Shown here: one piece after another, positions 16,192 through 25,413 of the stretch | Numbering within the stretch: position 1 is the first letter of the stretch | How the letters are laid out: each line of letters begins with the position of its first letter | Assembly (NCBI GenBank): GCA_017610275.1 | Contig: JAFCCI010000001.1 | Coordinates: forward strand, 1-47,512 | DNA from: Candidatus Woesearchaeota archaeon | GTDB taxonomy: Archaea > Nanobdellota > Nanobdellia > Woesearchaeales > CG1-02-33-12 | Direction: 5' to 3' | Length of the DNA stretch: 47,512 nucleotides | The notes under the pieces: model-generated | What the model was told of the DNA's origin: nothing | What the model saw: only the letters and a program-made list of their open reading frames with translations | Database searches by the model: none | Position numbers and translations under genes: made by a program

Positions 16192-18102
16192 TTAAAACTT
16201 AATCTCACTTGATTTACTTTCAATAATCTCCTGCACCTTTTTGATTAAGTCTTTTGGTTTTATATTAAAATAAACCTTCCCGTCAAGTGTTCTTACTGCC
16301 ACTGTGTTGCTTTTTTGCTCTTTGTCGCCAACTGTCAGGATTAATGGGATTTTTTTTAGCTGGGCTTCCCTTACTTTTTTTGGCATTGTTTCTGCCCTAA
16401 AATCAGTCTCAATTCTTAGATTGTTTTCAGCTAATTTTTTCTTTAGCTCTTCGCCGTATTTAATATGGTTGTCATTTATGTTTAAGATAATTGCCTGTAC
16501 AGGTGAGAGCCATAACGGAAATTTCCCGGCATAATGTTCTATAAGTATGCCTAAAAATCTTTCTATTGAGCCGTATATAACACGGTGAATCATAATAGGC
16601 CTATGTTTTTTTCCATCCTTTCCCTCATATGTAAGGTCAAACTTTTCAGGCATTGCAAAATCAAGCTGTATTGTTCCGCACTGCCATGTTCTTCCAATAC
16701 AATCCTTAAGGTGGAAATCTATTTTTGGGCCATAAAAAGCCCCATCTCCCTCATTAATCTTGTATTTTATTTTTTTAGCATCCAAGGCAGATTTTAAGCC
16801 AGCAGTTGCTTTTTCCCATGCTTCATCAGAGCCCATTGCATTGTCTGGCTTTGTGCTTAACTCAACCTTATAACTAAATCCAAAAGTTTTGTAAAACTTA
16901 TCTGTCAGGTTAAGTACTCCAATAATCTCGTCTTTTATCTGTTCTTCTGTCATGAATATATGCGCATCATCCTGTGTAAAGCATCTTACTCTGAATAATC
17001 CTGCTAAAACACCTGAAAGTTCGTGCCTGTGAACAGTTCCCATCTCACCCATTCTCATTGGAAGCTCTCTATAGGATCTTAGTTTTGTTTTGTAGATTAA
17101 CATTCCTCCAGGGCAGTTCATTGGTTTTATTGCATAATCCTGGTCATCTATCTTGGTGAAGTACATGTTTTCCTTGTAATGATCCCAGTGGCCGCTCTGC
17201 TCCCAGAGTTTTCTGTTTAGTATCATTGGTGTTATAACTTCTGTATAGCCTGCTTTTACATGCTCTTTTCTCCAGAAATCTTTTAAAATATTTACTATAA
17301 CAGTTCCTTTAGGATGAAAGAATGGAAAACCAGGGCCTTCATCATGCATGCTAAACAAATCAAGTTCTTTTCCAAGCTTTCTGTGGTCCCTTTTTTCCGC
17401 TTCTTCTAACAAAGTGAGGTATTCATTTAACTGCTTTTTGTCTGGAAATGAAATTCCATAAACTCTCTGCAATTGCTTGTTTTTTGCATCGCCACGCCAG
17501 TAAGCTCCTGCAAGCTTTGTCAATTTGAACGCCTTTAATTTTCCTGTTGATGGAACATGGGGTCCGCGGCAGAAATCTACAAAAGTTCCCTGTTTGTAAA
17601 TGCTTATTTTCTCATCTTCTAGCTCATTAATCATCTCTGTTTTGTAGGGATTCTCCTTGAAAAACTCTAATACCTCTTTTTTTGTCAACTTACTTCTTTC
17701 AATCTTTAAGTTTTCCCTGACTATTTTATCCATTTCTTTTTCAATTTTTACAAGATCTTCTGGTGTCAGTTTTTTGTCTAAGTCAATATCATAGTAAAAG
17801 CCTTCATCTACTGCTGGTCCGATGGCAAACTTAACATCAGGATAAAGGTTTTTTATTGCCTGGGCCATCAAGTGTGAACTAGAATGCCTGAAAACTAGTT
17901 TGCCCTCATCATCCTTAAATGTGATTATCCTTAGATTTGAGTCCTTGTTTATTTTTGTGCTGAGATCCACAAGTTCATTGTTAAGCTTTGCTGCAATTGC
18001 ATCATCTGCAAGCTTTTCTCCTATATCTTTTGCTACTTCTATTACCCTTATTCCTTTTTCATATTCTTTTTTTGAACCATCTGGAAATTTTATTTTTATC
18101 AT
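16192..18102 (-). CDS. thrS: threonyl-tRNA synthetase (full-length, with N-terminal TGS and editing domains)
   Basis: 636 aa. TGS-like N-terminus MIKIKFPDGS, HSSSH (editing), and class II motifs FRHE.../RVRCFTQDDAHIF. Confidence 0.95.
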   Translation of the reverse strand: MIKIKFPDGSKKEYEKGIRVIEVAKDIGEKLADDAIAAKLNNELVDLSTKINKDSNLRIITFKDDEGKLVFRHSSSHLMAQAIKNLYPDVKFAIGPAVDEGFYYDIDLDKKLTPEDLVKIEKEMDKIVRENLKIERSKLTKKEVLEFFKENPYKTEMINELEDEKISIYKQGTFVDFCRGPHVPSTGKLKAFKLTKLAGAYWRGDAKNKQLQRVYGISFPDKKQLNEYLTLLEEAEKRDHRKLGKELDLFSMHDEGPGFPFFHPKGTVIVNILKDFWRKEHVKAGYTEVITPMILNRKLWEQSGHWDHYKENMYFTKIDDQDYAIKPMNCPGGMLIYKTKLRSYRELPMRMGEMGTVHRHELSGVLAGLFRVRCFTQDDAHIFMTEEQIKDEIIGVLNLTDKFYKTFGFSYKVELSTKPDNAMGSDEAWEKATAGLKSALDAKKIKYKINEGDGAFYGPKIDFHLKDCIGRTWQCGTIQLDFAMPEKFDLTYEGKDGKKHRPIMIHRVIYGSIERFLGILIEHYAGKFPLWLSPVQAIILNINDNHIKYGEELKKKLAENNLRIETDFRAETMPKKVREAQLKKIPLILTVGDKEQKSNTVAVRTLDGKVYFNIKPKDLIKKVQEIIESKSSEIKF

Positions 18103-18393
18103 TTTAATTATCCTCCATAATCATTATTTATTTAATATTCCTTAATAAAAACATAAAACAATAAAATAGTATTTAAGCTTTGTTGTTAAGAATGAAAATT
18201 TACTGGCATGTTGTTAATAAGAAGATATCTAGAAAGAACTCATTCATATTTCCACATAACTTTAATTCTTTCATCTTAACCCTATACTTTTAATAAACTA
18301 TTTAAAGATTTCGTTTTAAATTTTTAATTATCGAAAATTCTCAAACAAAAGATTTAAAAACAATCTTAATAAAACTATTTCTGAGGTTTTAAA

Positions 18394-19464
18394 GTGGATT
18401 CAAGGGTTTGCATTGATTGGCTTGGAAAAAAGAGATTGTTAGACACCTGCAAAACTTATTCTGTTTATCTTAAGGGAGTTTTCAAAGACTGCCTTAAAGC
18501 AAAGAATGAAAGCATATTAATAATAGGTGATACTGGTTATGATAGAAAGCGTGTAGCAGCTATGCTTGCAGGCTCCTATTATTTTGCAGCAAAAAAGCTT
18601 GGATTACACCCAAGACTTTTTTTCCAGATGCCAAAGTTAAGAGGAGATATTGCAGATAAGAGCATTGTTGATGCAATTAATTATCTTGGTGAGAAAAGTA
18701 TTATTATCCTTGCTCTGTCTAACAGGCTTGGCTCATTAAGAGGAATTACAAAAAGCTATAGGCGCATGTGCAAACAGAGAAATATGAGATTTGCAACAAC
18801 ACCAAGCTTAGGATATATAGAAACAAGAAATTTTAAGGATTTGATAAGAACTATCAACATAGACTATCCAGAAATACAAAGAAAGCACAAATCACTTAAA
18901 TCAATTATTGAAAAGGGAACAGATTTGCATGTAAGGACAAAAGCTGGAACAGACCTGCATATGAAAATTGACATTGCAAATATTAAATCTGCAGACGGCA
19001 ATTATACAAAGCCAGGATCTGGAGGCAACCTTCCTGCTGGAGAGGTCTATTTCCCGCCAAAGAAGAAATCAGTTAATGGAAAGGTTGTTATTGATGGAAG
19101 CTCAAGAAATAGATATAATACCACTATAATAAAAAATCCAATAACTCTCATTATAAAGAATGGGGACCTTATTGATATTCAGGGAAAAGAGGAAGCAAGA
19201 ATTTTAGAACAAACCCTTTTATGGGCAGAAAGAAATTCCAAATACCCTTGGGGAATAAGAAAAGTCTGCGAGTTTGGAATTGGTTTAAATCCAAAAGCAA
19301 AAATAGTTGGTTCAACAATTATTGACGAGAAAGCTCTTGGAACAGCCCATGTTGCTTTTGGCTCAAACAACTGGTTTGGCGGCTCAATATTTGCAATGAC
19401 TCACCTTGATCAGGTTTTTAGAAATCCAAAAATAACAGTTGATGGGAGACTATTGAATATTTAG
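18394..19464 (+). CDS. M29-family aminopeptidase (aminopeptidase T/S-like)
   Basis: 356 aa. Motifs GGNLPAGEVYFPP and GTAHVAFGSN. GTG start with a GAGGT SD 6 nt upstream. Confidence 0.75.
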   Translation: MDSRVCIDWLGKKRLLDTCKTYSVYLKGVFKDCLKAKNESILIIGDTGYDRKRVAAMLAGSYYFAAKKLGLHPRLFFQMPKLRGDIADKSIVDAINYLGEKSIIILALSNRLGSLRGITKSYRRMCKQRNMRFATTPSLGYIETRNFKDLIRTINIDYPEIQRKHKSLKSIIEKGTDLHVRTKAGTDLHMKIDIANIKSADGNYTKPGSGGNLPAGEVYFPPKKKSVNGKVVIDGSSRNRYNTTIIKNPITLIIKNGDLIDIQGKEEARILEQTLLWAERNSKYPWGIRKVCEFGIGLNPKAKIVGSTIIDEKALGTAHVAFGSNNWFGGSIFAMTHLDQVFRNPKITVDGRLLNI

Positions 19465-20243
19465 TTATTTTCATAATCATTTGTCTTGTAATCATCAGCC
19501 CTAAACTCCTTTAGTCCACCTTCTTGCGCTTCTTTCTTCATTAATTCATTATAAAGCCTCATTAACTGCTCTTTTGTTTTAATCTTTTTTGCATCAATCT
19601 TCAGATTTTCTGCTACCTGGCCTTTAATATTTTCAAAGTTTTTGTCATCAATATTAGGGAACATATAGCCACCTAATCTTGCCTCTAAGCCCCGTCCTGT
19701 CTTTTCACTTACTTCTTTTAAAGCTTCCGGGGTAAGTGCAGCAAGTCTGTTTTTATCTTCCATATCAGTTCCTGTTTGCATATAATGCATCTCTTCAAGG
19801 GCAGGCTTTCCATAAGTATCATTGCCAGCACCTTTTAGACCCAAAAAATCAAGATACACATCTTTCTTTGTTTCATATATCTTCTCAACAATTTTTCCCC
19901 TGTCTTTTTCCTTTAGCTCGCTTGGTTTTTTGCCACTCTCTTCAATCCCTTTAACATAACCCTGAGATGTGGCAAAATCATAGTTTTGGTGAAATTTGTA
20001 AATTTCTTCACCTCTTTTCTTTAATGTTTCTACATCAACTACTTTTTCCTCTACTCCACCTATCAATATAATCCCTGCTATCCAGACTAAGAAAAATCCA
20101 AAAAGAGCGTTTGATGTTGAATCCAATACTCCGCTCTGAACTCCAACTACAGCCCCGGTTATGTTTGTTTCTGGGCCCATTATAAAGAATAAACCTAATA
20201 TAATAAGAACAAAACTTGCTATCAACACTCTTTTTTGTTTCAT
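19461..20243 (-). CDS. membrane-anchored hypothetical protein
   Basis: 260 aa. Two N-terminal TM segments, then a charged soluble domain. No recognised motif. Confidence 0.5.
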   Translation of the reverse strand: MKQKRVLIASFVLIILGLFFIMGPETNITGAVVGVQSGVLDSTSNALFGFFLVWIAGIILIGGVEEKVVDVETLKKRGEEIYKFHQNYDFATSQGYVKGIEESGKKPSELKEKDRGKIVEKIYETKKDVYLDFLGLKGAGNDTYGKPALEEMHYMQTGTDMEDKNRLAALTPEALKEVSEKTGRGLEARLGGYMFPNIDDKNFENIKGQVAENLKIDAKKIKTKEQLMRLYNELMKKEAQEGGLKEFRADDYKTNDYENN

Positions 20244-20344
20244 TAATTAAATAACTTATTCAGTTATATATAAATATTTCTAAATTTAAAAAAAAAGAAT
20301 TAAAAATAAATAAAATAAAAAATTAAATTATTGGGTTGTTGATT

Positions 20345-20890
20345 TTACCTGTATTTATCCAGTAATTTATTATCCTGTTCTATTTTCTTTAACCTGTTGT
20401 AATTAAACTGCCATAACTTAAATGCATCTTCGTTTCCCTCAATTTTACCAGGTAGAACATTTAATTCTCCGGCTAGTTCGTTTTTAAGACTGGTAGTACT
20501 TGTTGCAGCTTCTATTTTATTATAAACTCCCATTGTAAGCTTTTTTGTTAAGTCATCCATTGTATTTGTGTAAATAGATGCTGCTGTACTCACATCTTGG
20601 GTAATTGATTTATAGTGTTCGTCTGTGAATCCTCCTGGATTTAGGAGAATTGGTGTAAATTCATTATGTCTCTCTATTGAGCCTCCTGCAAGTTTGATGG
20701 CTTCTTCATTTATTTTGTTTGTATAATTTTTAGCAGCTGTCTTTTTTCCTTCTTCAGTTAAATTAGTCCATTTTCTATCTCTTACATTAGCTACAGCATC
20801 TACAAGAGTTTTTGTTGCTAAAACATATGTATTTTGTTTTAAATCTTCAACTTTTTTATATGATTCATTTAAATCCGCTATACTTACCAT
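20345..20890 (-). CDS. hypothetical helical protein
   Basis: 181 aa. Strong GGAGG SD (aaggaggcaaaaATG). No recognised motif. Confidence 0.55.
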   Translation of the reverse strand: MVSIADLNESYKKVEDLKQNTYVLATKTLVDAVANVRDRKWTNLTEEGKKTAAKNYTNKINEEAIKLAGGSIERHNEFTPILLNPGGFTDEHYKSITQDVSTAASIYTNTMDDLTKKLTMGVYNKIEAATSTTSLKNELAGELNVLPGKIEGNEDAFKLWQFNYNRLKKIEQDNKLLDKYR

Positions 20891-21049
20891 TTTTGCCTCC
20901 TTCTTTTTATTTTATTGTTTTATATATTAAACTATCTTATATATGATGTAAATAGTATAACTACTATATAAATGTTTCGTTTTTGTTATCACAATTGAGT
21001 AACAACATTAATATTATTGTGGCTTGTTTAGTCACTTACTCACCAAGAA

Positions 21050-22552
21050 TTAGTTAACTTGTTTAATAATAATACCATCTGTTTTTTTGAGAACATTGAC
21101 AGCATAGCTTAGCTTTTGCTTGTTTTTAGCATGGATTGTAAATATTTTATCCCCTTTCTTGACAGAATCCTTAACATGCTTATGCAGATAAATTCCTGCG
21201 ATCTTATCAAGTGGAGCACCTGCAGCCTTTGCTATTTTTGAGATTGATTCATTGTCTATATGAACAATAAGCCCTGATTTATTTGCTTTAAAGTTATATG
21301 CAAATTTTCCTATTTTTATATCATCAGCTTTTATCTTTTTGCCGCCCTGTGCTTTAATGATTTCTATCATTTTTTTGTAAGCAGATCCAGATTCAAGTAT
21401 TTTCATTGCCTTTTTAGCGCCAGTTCCTTTTTTTGCTTTTCCTCCTATCTCAAGAAGAAGCCCTGCCATTTTAACTGATTTTTCCCTTAAATCAAGAGGC
21501 TGCCTTAAATCATTTTCCAAAACCCGCATAACATCCCTTGCTTCCAGTGCCGGGCCTATCCCATTTCCTATTGGCTGAGAGCCATCTGTGATTACAACCC
21601 TGATTTTTATTCCAAGCTTTTTTGATATTGCCTCAAAAAGCCTTTTAAAATGAAGTGCCCTTTTTCTATTTTCTATTTTTGCCCCTTTACCAACAGGTAT
21701 ATCAACAAGCAGGTGTGTTGCAGAAACAGATTTTTTCTTTGCCAAAATGCTGGCCAAAAGCTGGCCCTCTGGATCAAGGGATACAGGATGCTCTATTCTT
21801 ATTATTTTATCATCTGCAGGCGCGAGGTTAACAGAGCCGCCCCATACAAGGCAGGCATTTGTTTTTCTAACAATATTTTTTATTTCTTTGATTGAAAAGC
21901 ATACACTGCATAGCACTTCCATTGTGTCAGCTGTTCCTGCAGGGCTTGTTATGCTCCTTGACGATGTTTTTGGAATTATTAAGCCAGCTGTAGCGATTAT
22001 AGGCACAACAACCATTGTTGTCCTGTTTCCAGCAACCCCCCCAATACAGTGCTTGTCCATTACAGGATGTTTATTAAATTTTAATATATCTCCTGTGCTG
22101 ACCATTGCTTTTGTCAGTGAGACACTCTCATCAATATCAAGTTCATGCATGTAGCAGGCAGAAACAAAATATGTTATCTCTATCTCACTTAATTTATTTT
22201 TGATAATATCATCAATGATCTGATAAAATTCTTCATAACTAAGTTTTTTGCCTTTTAATTTTTTCTTAATATACTGTATGGAAACAGGCTTTTCAACAAG
22301 AGATACATCAACGAAATTGCCTGATTTTACATTTAGCTTGGTTAGAACCTCTTCATATAACCCTATCTGGCCGCCTGGAACTGTTTTTTTGGACTCAGAA
22401 ATATCTATTATTGCAATAACACTCTTATTTCCCTTTTTAATTTTGACCCTGTCTCCATGGTGAATATCAAGCTTCAGTGCGTCAATCTCATTCATTACTG
22501 CCACAAGAGGCCAGCCTGTTGCAATATCAATATCCTTAACTTTTAGTCTCAT
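21050..22552 (-). CDS. AMP phosphorylase (archaeal thymidine-phosphorylase-family enzyme)
   Basis: 500 aa. An N-terminal extra domain MRLKVKDIDIATGWPLVAVMNEIDALKLDIHHGDRVKI precedes the glycosyltransferase-family-3 core (HCIGGVAGNRTT, TSSRSITSPAGTADTME), as in archaeal AMPpase. Confidence 0.85.
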   Translation of the reverse strand: MRLKVKDIDIATGWPLVAVMNEIDALKLDIHHGDRVKIKKGNKSVIAIIDISESKKTVPGGQIGLYEEVLTKLNVKSGNFVDVSLVEKPVSIQYIKKKLKGKKLSYEEFYQIIDDIIKNKLSEIEITYFVSACYMHELDIDESVSLTKAMVSTGDILKFNKHPVMDKHCIGGVAGNRTTMVVVPIIATAGLIIPKTSSRSITSPAGTADTMEVLCSVCFSIKEIKNIVRKTNACLVWGGSVNLAPADDKIIRIEHPVSLDPEGQLLASILAKKKSVSATHLLVDIPVGKGAKIENRKRALHFKRLFEAISKKLGIKIRVVITDGSQPIGNGIGPALEARDVMRVLENDLRQPLDLREKSVKMAGLLLEIGGKAKKGTGAKKAMKILESGSAYKKMIEIIKAQGGKKIKADDIKIGKFAYNFKANKSGLIVHIDNESISKIAKAAGAPLDKIAGIYLHKHVKDSVKKGDKIFTIHAKNKQKLSYAVNVLKKTDGIIIKQVN

Positions 22553-22555
22553 TTT

Positions 22556-23617
22556 CTAGATAATCTCTGTTTTATAGATTTCAGCAAATGTCAAAAATAG
22601 TGATAGTATCAAGGGACCTACAACAATTCCTATAACCCCCAACATTAATAATCCACCTAAAACACCAATCAATATTACTGTAGGATGGATTCTTGCCATA
22701 TCCCCAATGATTTTGGGCTTTATTAAATTGTCAATTGATGCAACTATAACAAAGCCATAAACAAGCAGTCCTACTCCCATTATAGTTATTGAAGCAGTAT
22801 TAGTTGTCAGACCATCAATTAATTTTAACACACCAAGGGGAAACCATACTACCGGAGCTCCAATAAATGGAATCATACATGCAATTAACATAATAACGCC
22901 CCACACTAAAGGTGATTTAACTCCAAATATATACAGGCCCAATACACCAACCATACCCTGGATTAATGCTGTTATGAAATGGCCATAAACAACAGCATGT
23001 GTAACACTGCCAAATTTTATTATTATCTTATTTTGATGATTCTTTTTTAATGGAATAAAATATTTTATTTTTTTGACCATTAATTCTCCATCTCTTAACA
23101 TGAAAAAGATTAAAAATATCATAACAAAAAAGCTCAGTATTCTTTTTGGTATTGTAAATAGGAAGTTTGATAATGAACTTATTATAGTGTTTGTGATATT
23201 GTCGATGGAAGAACTAATTTGCGGTTTCTCTGCTATATCAACCAGGAAAGAGTTTAATTTCCACAGAACACTAGAATCAGGACCTATGCCAATTATATTT
23301 CCCTCTGCAATCCTTTGTTTTGAATTAATATAAACAGTCGTTACTTCTCTTGTAAGTGAATTTACAATAAAAAAAATGGGTGTAATTATTAAAATTAGGA
23401 TAAGGATCATTATAATTATAGCAGAAAGGTTTTTTCTCTTGGTTTTTTTATTGACCCATTTGTATAATGGATAGAATATATATGAAATTATGATGCTGGT
23501 TAATATTGGGATTATAAATGGTTTGATAACCAGGAAAACCATATAAGTAGCTATAACAAAGAATAGTAAGACAAAATATTTTGAAAATTCCTCTTTTATT
23601 TTTCTGATATTATTCAC
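22556..23617 (-). CDS. AI-2E family (PerM/UPF0118) transporter
   Basis: 353 aa, about 8 TM segments, with the family-typical C-terminal region IKPKIIGDMARIHPTVILIGVLGG. GTG start directly preceded by GAGAG. Confidence 0.8.
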   Translation of the reverse strand: MNNIRKIKEEFSKYFVLLFFVIATYMVFLVIKPFIIPILTSIIISYIFYPLYKWVNKKTKRKNLSAIIIMILILILIITPIFFIVNSLTREVTTVYINSKQRIAEGNIIGIGPDSSVLWKLNSFLVDIAEKPQISSSIDNITNTIISSLSNFLFTIPKRILSFFVMIFLIFFMLRDGELMVKKIKYFIPLKKNHQNKIIIKFGSVTHAVVYGHFITALIQGMVGVLGLYIFGVKSPLVWGVIMLIACMIPFIGAPVVWFPLGVLKLIDGLTTNTASITIMGVGLLVYGFVIVASIDNLIKPKIIGDMARIHPTVILIGVLGGLLMLGVIGIVVGPLILSLFLTFAEIYKTEII

Positions 23618-23621
23618 CTCT

Positions 23622-23705
23622 CAAATGGTTACGCTCATTTGATACGCAAAGAGCGACATTCAATTGCACTGCAATTGAAGTCCCTCATGCTCGCTTCGCT
23701 CGTAA
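23622..23705 (+). repeat. orphan copy of the tRNA T-loop-intron element, antisense to and immediately 3' of tRNA-Val
   Basis: Positions 23622-23649 are identical (28/28) to the first 28 nt of the tRNA-Ser T-loop intron (reverse complement of 37607-37634). A helix-hairpin-helix of the same architecture follows, then the GCTCGCTTCGCTCG core at 23689-23702. Confidence 0.75.
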
Positions 23706-23719
23706 ACAAATTGCTGTGA

Positions 23720-23899
23720 TGGGCCCACCCGGACTTTCAAAGCACTTGCGAGCGAAGCGAGCTCGGTGGGCTTGAATTTTTAATTCAATGCCCGCCATGC
23801 GTGCCAGCTTAACAAGAAGCTGTTTCGAACCGGGGATATTCACCATTTTGATTTTTTAAAATCGTCAAGGTGATATCATAGCCACTAGATCACAGGCCC
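23720..23899 (-). tRNA. tRNA-Val (anticodon GAC) with two introns: about 17 nt in the anticodon loop and 90 nt in the T-loop (59/60)
   Basis: Hand-folded. Acceptor GGGCCTG/TGGGCCC plus A73, anticodon stem TCACC/GGTGA, loop TTGACGA, T-stem CCCGG/CCGGG, T-loop TTCGAA|intron|T. The mature length is 73 nt. Confidence 0.85.
23734..23823 (-). other. 90-nt bulge-helix-bulge intron in the T-loop of tRNA-Val
   Basis: Central 4-bp helix TTCG/TGAA flanked by the 3-nt bulges AA|A and AG|T. The 3' two-thirds is homologous to the tRNA-Ser T-loop intron (shared CAAGCCCACCGAGCTC-CTTCG-TCGCAA...GAAAG). Confidence 0.75.
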
Positions 23900-23925
23900 A
23901 ATTAAGAATATAAGATTAGAATTAA

Positions 23926-23933
23926 TATTTAAA
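23926..23933 (-). promoter_or_regulatory. TATA box (TTTAAATA) for tRNA-Val
   Basis: The motif ends 27 nt upstream of tRNA position +1 (23899). Confidence 0.55.
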
Positions 23934-24012
23934 TGTTGTGGAAACAGATTTTTTAAAAAAATCTGGGCGATTCCTAGTCTTCGACCGGAATCCCCTGAAA
24001 ATTATCTAGAAA

Positions 24013-24085
24013 AGCCCCGAGCGAGAGTTGAACTCGCGACCTCCACCTTACCAAGGTGGCGCTATAGCCACTAAGCCACCGGGGC
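24013..24085 (-). tRNA. tRNA-Thr (anticodon GGU), intron-less
   Basis: Hand-folded 73-nt cloverleaf. Acceptor GCCCCGG/TCGGGGC plus U73, anticodon arm CCACC-TTGGTAA-GGTGG, T-arm GCGAG-TTCAACT-CTCGC. Confidence 0.9.
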
Positions 24086-24104
24086 ATTAATAAAATTTAT
24101 GTAA

Positions 24105-25253
24105 TTATAATATATCTTTACTTTCGTCATCATCTTCGTAACCGCCGTAATCCATAACTTCTATGTCATTATCTTCAATTTCTTCTTTCTTTTTCTTATT
24201 CTCTTCAAATGAGACATAGTCTGAAACTGTATTAACTGGTTTGGCCTGCTTTACGCGCTTATATTTCTTTTTGTTGTTCTTTTTAGGTTTAGGTTTCTTT
24301 TTTTTAATTTCTTCATCCCTCCCAACATCCTTTTTATGATAATTTGCTTCATCTTTTTCAGGTTTTTCTTGTTTAGGTTCTTGAGCAAGTTCCCTAATTT
24401 CCTTACTCTCTTTATCTTTTTCAGGCTGATCTTCTTTTAATTCCCTAAAAGATTCTTCAATCCTTTTATTCTCTTTATCCAGTTTTTCTTTTTTATGTTC
24501 TTCTTCCTTATCTGTTTCTTCTTTTTTAGGAGGTTCTTCCTCTTCACCAAATCCAGCAGTCATATCTATGTAATCCTCTTCTTCATGCCTTTGTTTTCTT
24601 CCTATGAATAAAAACAATAAAACAACAGCCAAAACAATAAATCCAAATGTTAATATAATATTCCACCAATTAATAACAATTATTTTCTTTGGCTCTATTA
24701 CAGCACATGAATGATTGACTGCAGTTTCATTAGGATTACATTCCAGTTTCCTGCATTTGTAAATACTGAATGTATTGCAATATTCATCATTCTCACACTC
24801 AGAATCCTCTTTGCATTCAATCTCTGATAATGGAATAACTGTAAGGCTATTTACTGTCTTGCCGCATATTTCAAAAATTTCTTCTGGATTACTAACATAA
24901 GACATCTTAAAACATGAAACATAATAAAATGTATAGCCTTTTGTTGGAGCTTTAACCAAACTTGTGAAGTTAAAGCTACGAACATCATCTGGACCTAAAA
25001 CTACCTTTTCACCAAGGTCAAATCCAAGAATAACACCATAATCCTTGTCTTTTATGTATACATCACCCACATTAATGCTTTTATTAATATTATTGTATAT
25101 GTTTACAGTGAAATCTATTTCTGTGCCTTCCATACAGTTTCTTTCCCTGCATTTATAGCTTGAGTCTATAGATGCTGTTACAAGGAGAGTATTAATTAAA
25201 AAAATTAATACAATAATTTGTAATGTTTTTGTTTTTATCATTTTTATCACCAT
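24105..25253 (-). CDS. single-pass membrane protein with a Cys-rich extracellular domain and a K/E-rich cytoplasmic tail
   Basis: I moved the start to the ATG at 25253 (MVIKMIKTKTL...) because the ORF-track N-terminus overlaps tRNA-Leu. Signal/anchor, then about 12 Cys, then TM WWNIILTFGFIVLAVVLLFLFIG, then a low-complexity EEK tail. Confidence 0.6.
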   Translation of the reverse strand: MVIKMIKTKTLQIIVLIFLINTLLVTASIDSSYKCRERNCMEGTEIDFTVNIYNNINKSINVGDVYIKDKDYGVILGFDLGEKVVLGPDDVRSFNFTSLVKAPTKGYTFYYVSCFKMSYVSNPEEIFEICGKTVNSLTVIPLSEIECKEDSECENDEYCNTFSIYKCRKLECNPNETAVNHSCAVIEPKKIIVINWWNIILTFGFIVLAVVLLFLFIGRKQRHEEEDYIDMTAGFGEEEEPPKKEETDKEEEHKKEKLDKENKRIEESFRELKEDQPEKDKESKEIRELAQEPKQEKPEKDEANYHKKDVGRDEEIKKKKPKPKKNNKKKYKRVKQAKPVNTVSDYVSFEENKKKKEEIEDNDIEVMDYGGYEDDDESKDIL

Positions 25254-25261
25254 ATTTATGA

Positions 25262-25372
25262 TGCGGGGGATGGGATTCGAACCCACGGACTCACTAAGAG
25301 ACAGGATTTCTGCCTTATAACCATTATTTAGTCTTAAGTCCTGCGCATTTGACCAGACTTTGCTACCCCCGC
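25262..25372 (-). tRNA. tRNA-Leu (anticodon UAA) with a 25-nt canonical 37/38 intron (25308-25332)
   Basis: Hand-folded. Acceptor GCGGGGG/CCCCCGC plus A73, 3-bp D-stem, anticodon stem CAGGA/TCCTG, loop CTTAAG|intron|A, 15-nt variable arm, T-arm GTGGG-TTCGAAT-CCCAT. The mature length is 86 nt. Confidence 0.85.
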
Positions 25373-25413
25373 AGGATAGATAGAACAGAAAAATAGAATA
25401 TATTTAAAGGTTT

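Noticed and set aside
23734-23823. Box C/D sRNA embedded in the long tRNA introns, as in the Haloferax tRNA-Trp intron
   Set aside because: I found no RUGAUGA (C) or CUGA (D) boxes in appropriate positions in any of the three copies.
25254-25286. N-terminal extension (MGSNPIPRIIN) of the ORF-track protein 24105-25286
   Set aside because: These codons overlap the 3' end of tRNA-Leu (25262-25372) on the same strand. The internal ATG at 25253 precedes a normal signal/anchor sequence.
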